Assembly (NCBI GenBank): GCA_030608565.1
Contig: JAUWDY010000005.1
Coordinates: 5,359 to 69,358 of the forward strand
Reading direction: 5' to 3'
From: Candidatus Bathyarchaeota archaeon
GTDB lineage: Archaea > Thermoproteota > Bathyarchaeia > Bathyarchaeales > Bathyarchaeaceae
Length of the DNA stretch: 64,000 nt
Under the pieces are notes generated by a model that saw only the letters and a list, made by a program, of their open reading frames with translations, was not told where the DNA came from and ran no database searches. Every line of letters starts with the position of its first letter. The first letter of the stretch is position 1. This document shows positions 26,866-35,039 of the stretch, piece after piece. A program made the position numbers and the translations under genes.

Positions 26866-27636
26866 TTAGTCTTTCACAAACGAGCGAGCTTGTAAACTTT
26901 GTGGATACTTCCATCCAGGAGACTTGAGCAACGCAAGGTTTTGAGGCAACGCCTCACCAAAGCTCGTGTATTCAACGTCAAACGTGAAGGCTATCCCATT
27001 GGCGCTCAACAATTCATGGGCTCTAACAAAGGTCATGCCACTTTCCAACAAAGGCTCCAATATTGCTTTAATGTATTTTTTTCGCCCCATTCTCCAAACA
27101 TGCATGCAGATCGCAGCCCCCACTGATTTACTGCATTCTGACGTCCATTTAGCAACAAGCTCCTCGGGTTTAAAGTGCATAAGATCCAGCCCATGGGTAT
27201 CCAAAGGAGATACAACAGGAATGACCAGAGCCCTGAACCCGTTTGGACGATACTTCACCAAACCATACTCAGAACTGTCATAATCCATGTTTAGATCTTC
27301 GCAAGCTAAGTAGGTCGCCCTATTCCGAACCAAGAATGGAGCCCGAAAGCCTCTAATTTCTTGGTATTTACTGAGAACCGTGATACTTTTTAGGATGTCT
27401 TCTTTCGCTTCTGCACGACTCACTTCAGAGAAGTCACCGTGAGCATAACTGTGGGAACCGATTTCATGGTCATGTTTACATATTTTCTGAAGTATTTCCG
27501 GATGCTTTTCAGCAACTCTACCAGTGATAAAAAAGGTTGCGTGGACACCATGCTCAGAAAGTGCTTCTAAAATGTTATCAATATGCTTGTGAACATTAAA
27601 CGAAAGCCTTTCGCTCACTCCTCTTATAATCCACAT
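26866..27636 (-). CDS. Polysaccharide deacetylase (CE4)
   Basis: Motifs seen: HATFFITGRVAEKHPEILQKICKHDHEIGSHSYAHGDF. This is the NodB-type H-x-x-x-H motif in a TFF...G context. Confidence 0.75.
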   Translation of the reverse strand: MWIIRGVSERLSFNVHKHIDNILEALSEHGVHATFFITGRVAEKHPEILQKICKHDHEIGSHSYAHGDFSEVSRAEAKEDILKSITVLSKYQEIRGFRAPFLVRNRATYLACEDLNMDYDSSEYGLVKYRPNGFRALVIPVVSPLDTHGLDLMHFKPEELVAKWTSECSKSVGAAICMHVWRMGRKKYIKAILEPLLESGMTFVRAHELLSANGIAFTFDVEYTSFGEALPQNLALLKSPGWKYPQSLQARSFVKD

Positions 27637-27650
27637 TTCTAACCCTCAAA

Positions 27651-28400
27651 TCATTCCCAGTTTGCCATCGAGGTAACGTATTTCTCGATTTCTTTATCCT
27701 TCTGAAAAGCCTTGATTTCCGCCGGGACTCCGTAAGCCACCGCTTTAGGTGGTATGTCTTTTGTAACTACTGATCCTGCGCCTATTAGCGCGTATTTTCC
27801 TATGGTTACGCCTGGTAAGATCTTTGTTCCCGCACTTATTCGAACATAATCCTCAATTGTAGCTCCGTTGAGACCTTGTCCGAGAATTATCTTTTTGTTG
27901 TCAAGAAATACGCATCCGGGTGCTATGAACACCCCGTTTCCTATCCTCACCGACTGAGCAACGTAACATTGACTTTGTATCATCGACCCGCTTCCCACCC
28001 TGATGTATCCATCCAGAATCGCTTGTGTTCCAACGATGCAGTTATCTCCAATGGTTACATGCTCCCTAATCAATACGCTATGCCCGGTGCGTAAGTTCTT
28101 CCCGACGACCACATGTCTGTAAATAGTTGAGCCAGACCGTATTATTGACCCTTCGCCTATCTTTGTAACAGGTTCCTTTACTATCAAGTCTGAAACCTTT
28201 GGGCTGGTTGCAGAAAAATCCGCTTTCTGAAGTTCAAGTTTAGATGGATGCCCGATTATGCAGCGGCTACCTATGACGCAATTGTCTCCTATAACTGAGC
28301 CGGACAAGATTTCAGCAAATCGACCTATGCTAACGTTATTGCCTATCTTCGCCTCATCGTCCACGTAAGCTTTAAATCTCATTCCCGGTTTTCCGCCCAA
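27651..28400 (-). CDS. Left-handed beta-helix (hexapeptide-repeat) sugar N-acetyltransferase
   Basis: Many [LIV]-G-x-x-x-x hexapeptide repeats are present ([53 protein letters not shown]). Confidence 0.8.
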   Translation of the reverse strand: MGGKPGMRFKAYVDDEAKIGNNVSIGRFAEILSGSVIGDNCVIGSRCIIGHPSKLELQKADFSATSPKVSDLIVKEPVTKIGEGSIIRSGSTIYRHVVVGKNLRTGHSVLIREHVTIGDNCIVGTQAILDGYIRVGSGSMIQSQCYVAQSVRIGNGVFIAPGCVFLDNKKIILGQGLNGATIEDYVRISAGTKILPGVTIGKYALIGAGSVVTKDIPPKAVAYGVPAEIKAFQKDKEIEKYVTSMANWE

Positions 28401-28419
28401 GCTAAAATCTCACTGCTCG

Positions 28420-29565
28420 CTATCCTAGATTTTCAACGAAGTCCCTGACACCAGTTACAATGTGGTCCATTTCATCCTTCGTTAGCGATGCGTACATAGG
28501 TAAAGTAAGAACTTGCTTAGAAATTTTTTCGGTCATCGGCAGTTCTCCACCTTGAAACCCAAATTTCTCTTTATAGAACCCTGTTAAATGCACTGGAGAG
28601 AAATACACCTTGGTCATCACACCTTTTTCAGCCAAGTAGCCTTTAAGACCGTCTCTAGTTTTCTCTCCATCCCTAGCCCTTACAGTATACATTTGATAAA
28701 CGTGGAAAAATCCCTCAGGAGGATTAGGTGGCTCAATCTTGCTCAGGTTCGACAGGCTCTTCGACATGTAAGCGGCGTTTCTCCTCCTCATCGCTATGAC
28801 CTTGCCCAGCTTTTCAAGTTGGGAGACTCCGAGAGCCGCAATTATGTTGCACATGCGCCAGTTGTATCCTAAAGCCACATAATCCATAACCTTTGCTGAC
28901 GTGAAATAATTCTCTGTTTCAAGCCTGCCATGAGACCGTATAAGCTTTAACCTTTCGTAGACGTCACGTTGGTCGGTCGCGATCATCCCGCCCTCTCCCG
29001 TGGTAATCACCTTGTTCCCACAAAAACTGAACATAGCTGCATCACCAAACGACCCTACACGCTTTCCATCGACTTTAGCCCCAAGAGATTCAGCAGCATC
29101 CTCCAAAAGCAACAGCTTATGATCTTCAGCTATTTCCTTCAGCTCCCTGATTTGGCAAGCTGAACCTCCATAATGGATTGGCATTATAGCCTTCGTCTTC
29201 CCCGTAATTCTCTCTTTCACATCTTCAGGATCCAAACCACACGTTTTCTCCTCTATGTCCGCAAACACCGGTTTAGCATTTACGAAAAGCACCGAGTTGG
29301 CCGTAGCTATGAAAGTGAAGGAAGGAACAATCACCTCGTCACCTTCCTTTATTCCGTAGGCCAATAACATAGCATGCAAGGCGGAGGTGCCTGAGTTGAA
29401 AGCTGCCACGTATTTCTTTCCAATGTACTCTGCAAGCATGGTTTCAAACTTTTCCACGTTAGGCCCAATCGCCCAGTACGACCCTTGCATAATAACCTCT
29501 AACACGTGATTAACGTCTTCTTCATCCCAGTAAATCTTGTAGAAGGGGACTCTCCAGCTCCGCAT
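28420..29565 (-). CDS. DegT/DnrJ/EryC1/StrS-family PLP-dependent sugar aminotransferase
   Basis: Motifs seen: NSGTSALH, the PLP-lysine box FSFCGNKVITTGEGG, and IRSHGR. It is 381 aa. Confidence 0.85.
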   Translation of the reverse strand: MRSWRVPFYKIYWDEEDVNHVLEVIMQGSYWAIGPNVEKFETMLAEYIGKKYVAAFNSGTSALHAMLLAYGIKEGDEVIVPSFTFIATANSVLFVNAKPVFADIEEKTCGLDPEDVKERITGKTKAIMPIHYGGSACQIRELKEIAEDHKLLLLEDAAESLGAKVDGKRVGSFGDAAMFSFCGNKVITTGEGGMIATDQRDVYERLKLIRSHGRLETENYFTSAKVMDYVALGYNWRMCNIIAALGVSQLEKLGKVIAMRRRNAAYMSKSLSNLSKIEPPNPPEGFFHVYQMYTVRARDGEKTRDGLKGYLAEKGVMTKVYFSPVHLTGFYKEKFGFQGGELPMTEKISKQVLTLPMYASLTKDEMDHIVTGVRDFVENLG

Positions 29566-29566
29566 C

Positions 29567-29986
29567 TTAGGTTTTCACTTTTCGCCTATTTTTCCGCTTG
29601 CTTTTTCCCTTTTTCCCAGGGTTCCCTGATACTATATCACTCGCTCCGCTTTGTTTCTGACCATATTTGGCTACCGAAATTTCCATAGTCAGCTTCATCA
29701 ACTGGCTATGTAGCTCAGATATTCGATAAGAAATATAGAAAAACGCGAGTATGAAGAAGAAGAATCCTGTTGCCATTACAGCAGATACTAGTTCTTCCGT
29801 GCCAAATAATATTAGAAACAGTGAAAACAAAGCCGGCACCCCAGAGAACAAGCCTAAGACAACTCCAGTTATGAACCAGAAAACGAAACCTTTGCCCTCA
29901 ATCTTTCGTTTTTTCAAGAGGTAAAAATCCATAGCTAATATGAATAGGGCGAAAAAAAGACCGATTAACGAGTAATTGCTTACCAT
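29567..29986 (-). CDS. Small membrane protein, DUF2304-like GT2 partner
   Basis: Four hydrophobic helices are followed by a helical segment (ISELHSQLMKLTMEI) and a Lys/Arg-rich tail. It lies immediately downstream of a DPM1-like GT2, a pairing I recall for DUF2304. Confidence 0.5.
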   Translation of the reverse strand: MVSNYSLIGLFFALFILAMDFYLLKKRKIEGKGFVFWFITGVVLGLFSGVPALFSLFLILFGTEELVSAVMATGFFFFILAFFYISYRISELHSQLMKLTMEISVAKYGQKQSGASDIVSGNPGKKGKSKRKNRRKVKT

Positions 29987-29995
29987 TTGACTCCG

Positions 29996-30718
29996 TCACC
30001 CACTGATTTGTGCAAGTAGGGTAGTTATAAGCCTTAAGGGGTAAACCAGCAGTTTGCCCAACGGGTAACTCTTAGACCGCCCATATCTCCGCGGAAGCAC
30101 CTCAATAGGCACCTCCTTCATCCTTAGGCCATTCTTTGATGCAAGCAATGTTTCTACGACCCAAAAAACTGAATCCTCTATGTATCTTCTTTCCAAATAA
30201 ATCGGCAACAAGGTTTCAATGGCCTTCCGATTCCAAGCTCGCATCCCCGAAGTGATATCTGTTATCTCCATCTTCCGCAATAAAGACACAAGCGTCGAAG
30301 AAAATACTCTTCCACTCTCCTTTACTAATGAGCAGTTCTCACTGTTGATCGTTAGGTAACGCGAACCCACAGTCATATCCACCCCATCATCAACCAGTGG
30401 ATCCAGCAGTTTCGAAATTTCCTCAGGTTTATGCTGCCCATCCGCATCTATCTTCACCGTGCAATCATAGCCTTGCCGTGCAGCAACCAAATAACCAGTC
30501 TGTATGGCGATGCTGCCCCCGCAGTGGAATGGTAGCGAGACTACGTCTGCCCCTGCTTCCCTAGCTTTTTGCGCAGTTCCGTCTTCGGAACCGTCGTCGA
30601 TAACAACAACCTTGAAGCTTGGGTACAAGGCAAGCGTGGACTCTACAACTTCCCCCACTGTTTTCTCTTCATTGTACGCGGGGATCATAACCAAAACTTT
30701 ACGTGACACCCTACGCAC
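29996..30718 (-). CDS. Glycosyltransferase family 2, polyprenyl/dolichyl-phosphate sugar synthase-like
   Basis: Motifs seen: VLVMIPAYNEE...VVVIDDGSEDGT...KIDADGQH. The ~240-aa soluble GT-A layout fits the family. Confidence 0.85.
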   Translation of the reverse strand: MRRVSRKVLVMIPAYNEEKTVGEVVESTLALYPSFKVVVIDDGSEDGTAQKAREAGADVVSLPFHCGGSIAIQTGYLVAARQGYDCTVKIDADGQHKPEEISKLLDPLVDDGVDMTVGSRYLTINSENCSLVKESGRVFSSTLVSLLRKMEITDITSGMRAWNRKAIETLLPIYLERRYIEDSVFWVVETLLASKNGLRMKEVPIEVLPRRYGRSKSYPLGKLLVYPLRLITTLLAQISG

Positions 30719-31649
30719 TAGCCATCAACAGTTTTCTTTTCTCAGTGAGTTTGCACTTTTCAATGAACCTGGGTACACCCACCCTTGGATCCATCGCCTT
30801 ACAACCTAACAGATTCCTCATCTCTGAAACATCCGCAAAAATCCCATACTCCCCGTTCTGCGAAGATTTGTGGACAACTTCAGTACGTGGAAAACTTTCA
30901 CAAACCATCTTGGCAACTTTGTTGATGGATAAGCCTACTCCCGAACCCACATTAATAACCTTATGATAAGCCGCAACATTACCCAACGACTTGATGAAGG
31001 CGTCCACAACATCATTCAAATGCACAAAATCTCGGAGCTGCCCGCCCCCATTTATGACCAAAGGCTTACCTTCAAACGCCATCCTAACAAACGCAGAAAT
31101 GACGCCTTGCTCCATCAAAAAATCTCCATAAACATTAAAGACCCTAAGAACCGTTGTGCTGATGCCATAATCCTCCGCATACCCACGAATAAGCGACTCA
31201 GCAGCCAACTTGTGCCACCCATAAATATTCGTAGGCCTCGGCTCCACCCCCTCATCAACCTCCGGCTCCACAACATCACCATAAACCGCCGCAGTAGACG
31301 GAAAAACCAAGTGCTCAGCATCAACAATTCTCATCGCTTCTAACACGCTGTGAACACTTGAAACATTTAGACTGAAGCTCCTGTTCGGATTTTTTCTACA
31401 ATCTGAAATTGACGCTAACCCAACCATGCTAATGACTTTGGAAACCTCTTCTTTTCGCATAACGTTCAAAAGCCTGTCAGAGTCAAAAACATCTCCCTTA
31501 AAACTCACAACATTTCCAACTCTCTTATCCGTAGCATTAACATCATAAACCACAATTCTAGGCAGAGCAGTTTTCGCCAAAGTCTCCACAATATGTGAAC
31601 CTATGAAACCAGCACCACCCGCAACGAGTATGTTCTCAGTCAACGCCAT
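30711..31649 (-). CDS. NAD-dependent sugar-nucleotide epimerase/dehydratase (extended SDR)
   Basis: Motifs seen: VAGGAGFIGSHIV, S...YxxxK (PSTAAVYG ... YGWHKLAAE). It is 312 aa. Confidence 0.85.
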   Translation of the reverse strand: MALTENILVAGGAGFIGSHIVETLAKTALPRIVVYDVNATDKRVGNVVSFKGDVFDSDRLLNVMRKEEVSKVISMVGLASISDCRKNPNRSFSLNVSSVHSVLEAMRIVDAEHLVFPSTAAVYGDVVEPEVDEGVEPRPTNIYGWHKLAAESLIRGYAEDYGISTTVLRVFNVYGDFLMEQGVISAFVRMAFEGKPLVINGGGQLRDFVHLNDVVDAFIKSLGNVAAYHKVINVGSGVGLSINKVAKMVCESFPRTEVVHKSSQNGEYGIFADVSEMRNLLGCKAMDPRVGVPRFIEKCKLTEKRKLLMASA

Positions 31650-31664
31650 TCACCTGAATACACT

Positions 31665-32099
31665 TCATCCTTGGTTGACCGCCGTCACACCGAGAAAACG
31701 TACGAAGCCTAAATCATGCTTCCATCTCGAAGCACTCACGTTTCCCAATTTCTCAGCAATCCCACAAACTTCATCAGCGATTTCGCGGCCAATTCTCATC
31801 GCAGCTTCCAAGAAACTAGGCTCAAGGGTCTTCAAGATCTTAGCAAGAATATTTGAGATTATTTTGGCGAGAATGCGGCTTCTAACCTTCTCTACGCAAC
31901 GTATGGTCAGGTCTACGATGCTTCGTTCTACCTTCGATAAAGTTTTGAACCAAAGCCTCTGTCTGACGGCTTTAGCCCTAGTTTTCATTAACCCCTGCCT
32001 AGTCAGCAATGAACCGTTTCTCCTCTCACTCTTCAGCAAGATTCCCGCAGCAACGAGAATCCAACCACTTGTAATTAGAAACGGGCGTAATTTAAACAT
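31665..32099 (-). CDS. Hypothetical protein with an N-terminal TM helix
   Basis: This is the track ORF on the operon strand. It has one hydrophobic helix and then a basic helical region. I recognise no motif. The competing plus-strand ORF 31603..32130 looks like a shadow. Confidence 0.3.
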   Translation of the reverse strand: MFKLRPFLITSGWILVAAGILLKSERRNGSLLTRQGLMKTRAKAVRQRLWFKTLSKVERSIVDLTIRCVEKVRSRILAKIISNILAKILKTLEPSFLEAAMRIGREIADEVCGIAEKLGNVSASRWKHDLGFVRFLGVTAVNQG

Positions 32100-32363
32100 T
32101 ACTTCAGAAGATTATATAACTAAGTTCTAGTGTGTCAGAAACGGGTTCCGTTGTATTCTACGTTGTTGTGCATCGTTTGATTCAAACCTTCCTCTTTTCA
32201 TATTTAACAACTAACTTCTATTCCAAAACACCCGCAACCTGAAACACGATTCTGAACCACAGAGAAAAACACACATGCATCAGAGAAAGATTAGATGAGG
32301 TAGAAAAAAAAGATAGGATGTTCCCGGCTGGCAGTTCACCAACACAGGCTCGCATCTGCGTTA

Positions 32364-32810
32364 CTAGGGGACAGAGAAACTACCACTGTCAATCGTTTTT
32401 CCCTCTTTATTAGTAGTCCACCAAACTCCTGAATAGCTTGGTAAGTCGGTTATTATGGCGAAATCAGCGTTCCACTCTCCATCCCATATCGGCTTATTCC
32501 TTGTCTGCCAAATGATCCCAGTCGGCTTCGGATCCCACAAACAACGCCAACCCTTCGGTTTGATAATTCGCCTTATCCTTGCTCCAAAGACTGACACATG
32601 AAAATCATATATTCCATCAGTATTGTTTCCACTGTTGGTGACATTAAAAAATGTCCGGTATCCCTTCCACCTCTTCTCATATTCAGGCTTGCTAATCTCC
32701 ACGGAATCAGCAAACACCGGCTGAACAACGAACGCTTCAACCACAAGCAAAGACAGCAACACAAGGACAGAGAACGCTGTAACACGTAGCATTTTTCTCA
32801 TTTCTCTCAC
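32364..32810 (-). CDS. Small secreted protein of unknown function
   Basis: It has a signal peptide (LRVTAFSVLVLLSLLVVEAFVVQPVFA/DS), a Trp-rich ~115-aa mature region and no recognised domain. Confidence 0.55.
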   Translation of the reverse strand: MREMRKMLRVTAFSVLVLLSLLVVEAFVVQPVFADSVEISKPEYEKRWKGYRTFFNVTNSGNNTDGIYDFHVSVFGARIRRIIKPKGWRCLWDPKPTGIIWQTRNKPIWDGEWNADFAIITDLPSYSGVWWTTNKEGKTIDSGSFSVP

Positions 32811-33008
32811 CTCCGTTACCTTAGAACATTAGCTCTCGTTTTCTTCAATTCTACTTTTAACTCTTTATAGATGATAGTTCTAGAAAAAACCTAAAGCAAA
32901 CACGAAGAGTCCCACTACAATCTTTGCATACATGCCTCTTTTTTGAAGCTTTTGCGTTCGCGCACATAGAAAAAAGGGGGAAGTAACCTGAGGAAGTGTT
33001 TCAGTTGT

Positions 33009-33497
33009 TTATGGCAAATACCAGACTGCCCATTGATATACAAATGAACTCCAGTTGCCTACACCCACCCAGAAATTCGTCACGGCTTTCCTCGAGTGCC
33101 CAGGCTTGATGGTGCCCAGCCATGTAACATAACTGTCTTGCCACATTTCATCCGAGTTCCGGATGCACACAAGTTGCGCAAGCTCAACTGGATCTGTCAC
33201 AGTATGCAGGACGCCCCCTTCATCATAATACCGGAGCTGCAACACTTCGACTAGGTAAACTGCTTCAGTCAATGGAATACCTCCGATGTTTTCAATATCC
33301 CAATGGTTAAGAACCATCCAGGCGGCTCCACCTTCAATCTTATGCCAGTTGGCGTGCGTCCAATCTCCCTCCTGATAATGCGTGTTATAGACGGCCTTAA
33401 CATACCCTGAAAAGTCTGTAGCGCTTGCAGGAATTATGTTTATGGCAAACAGTGCAATCAACACTCCTGAGAGAAGACAAGAAAGTCTCAGTTTCAT
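33009..33497 (-). CDS. Small secreted protein of unknown function
   Basis: It has a signal peptide (MKLRLSCLLSGVLIALFAINIIPASA/TD), a Trp/His-rich mature region and no recognised domain. Confidence 0.55.
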   Translation of the reverse strand: MKLRLSCLLSGVLIALFAINIIPASATDFSGYVKAVYNTHYQEGDWTHANWHKIEGGAAWMVLNHWDIENIGGIPLTEAVYLVEVLQLRYYDEGGVLHTVTDPVELAQLVCIRNSDEMWQDSYVTWLGTIKPGHSRKAVTNFWVGVGNWSSFVYQWAVWYLP

Positions 33498-33771
33498 AGA
33501 TCTTTCACCTCCTTTCTCCTTCTAAAATGCACATCTGGTGTATCAAGCAATATACGCTTAAGACTTGTGAAACTATCTTCTACTGCATGCACCTATTTTC
33601 CGAACTTGTAGGATTACCTGCAGGATTTTTAATGTTAAAAGCAACAAATTCAACATCAAAATAATCTATGCATGCAAAGTAGAACTATTTTACATAAGAA
33701 TATATCAGCAACAGAAATATTGATTATCCTCCACAACAATACTAAGAATCAAAGAGAATGGAGAGAATTAA

Positions 33772-34236
33772 ATGCGCAAATACTCAGTGTTAATGATGTT
33801 AGGGCTCCTTTCAATGCTACTGATTGGATTGCAACTCTCAGCTTCACCAACAACCGCGTCAGCAATAGAGGCTGGACAAGTAAAGTTCGAACCCAAATTC
33901 TTCCGCCTTGACAACCCAGAACCAGTCATAGTCCACGTAAAGTTTCCGCAACCATACGAAAGAAACACAACGGATATAGACCCATCCACAGTTCGGTTAG
34001 AAGGCTCTATTCCACCATTGAACACTTGGACAACACGTGCTCCCCCGGAATTCATCGCTGAGTTCAACGGAGGTGCAGTGGCATCTATAATCTGGGCAAA
34101 AATATACCACATGGGAATAACAACACCAAAACCTTGGGCTCCCACGAAAGTAGAACTGGAGATTTCCGGCAAACTCTTCGACGGAACCGAATGGCACGGC
34201 ATCGGCGAAATCAAAATACTGATACCAGAAACCTAG
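33772..34236 (+). CDS. Small secreted beta-sandwich-like protein, tandem paralog A
   Basis: It has a signal peptide. It shares blocks with 34420..34887: KFEPKFFRLD / KFNPNRIDLS, STVRLEGSIPP / STILLEGSLPP, FIAEFNGGAVASIIWAKIYHMG / LVAEFDGTGVVNIIWGKITHMG. Confidence 0.6.
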   Translation: MRKYSVLMMLGLLSMLLIGLQLSASPTTASAIEAGQVKFEPKFFRLDNPEPVIVHVKFPQPYERNTTDIDPSTVRLEGSIPPLNTWTTRAPPEFIAEFNGGAVASIIWAKIYHMGITTPKPWAPTKVELEISGKLFDGTEWHGIGEIKILIPET

Positions 34237-34419
34237 ACAGCAACCGACACTTCAATAATAGACCTCTATCATGAAAGGAAAACGCAGACAACGACACGAT
34301 AAAGGCAATATTTCCCTAATCTCTAACCTAAACAACATCCGTATACATGCATCTGTTTTATAGAATTTAATACGATAACTTTTATATGGTCGCACGGTTA
34401 GACTATAGGATGAGCGAAA

Positions 34420-34887
34420 ATGAGAAAGGGGACTCTTGTCTATTCAGTGATTCTTCTCGCCATTCTGACAAGTTTAGTAGCATTTTCGCCAGCAGGCGCA
34501 ACAACCATAACTGGTAGCGCTAAATTCAACCCGAACAGGATAGATTTGTCTCTGCCCGCTCCGAGTGTGGTAAAGGCATCAATAAGATTTGAGAGCGGCC
34601 AGGATGCACAGGTAAGATGGATAAATGTTTCCACTATATTACTCGAAGGTTCGCTTCCTCCTGACAACACCTACTTTAGCACAATTAACACTCTCGTTGC
34701 CGAGTTCGACGGAACTGGAGTTGTAAACATCATATGGGGCAAAATCACTCACATGGGAGCCCTTGCACCACCCTATAAGATCTGGCTCACAATAACCGGA
34801 AATCTGGAAGACACGTATGGTGGAACACCTTTCTCAGTTACAGGCACCATCAGAATCGAAGTTCACCATTCTCCGCCGCCACCCTAG
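34420..34887 (+). CDS. Small secreted beta-sandwich-like protein, tandem paralog B
   Basis: It has a signal peptide. Paralogy is described under 33772..34236. It ends HHSPPPP. Confidence 0.6.
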   Translation: MRKGTLVYSVILLAILTSLVAFSPAGATTITGSAKFNPNRIDLSLPAPSVVKASIRFESGQDAQVRWINVSTILLEGSLPPDNTYFSTINTLVAEFDGTGVVNIIWGKITHMGALAPPYKIWLTITGNLEDTYGGTPFSVTGTIRIEVHHSPPPP

Positions 34888-35039
34888 ATCAAGAGTTCAT
34901 CTGCTCTTACAATCTCTAATTAAGTTCGATGCATCATAGTGTTATAGAACATAGTTACTGTAAGGTTAATCTGAATGTTATAGAGAATAGTTAATACAAG
35001 GTTTATCTGCATGCATAGTGAGAGGAGGGAGACTAGCGT

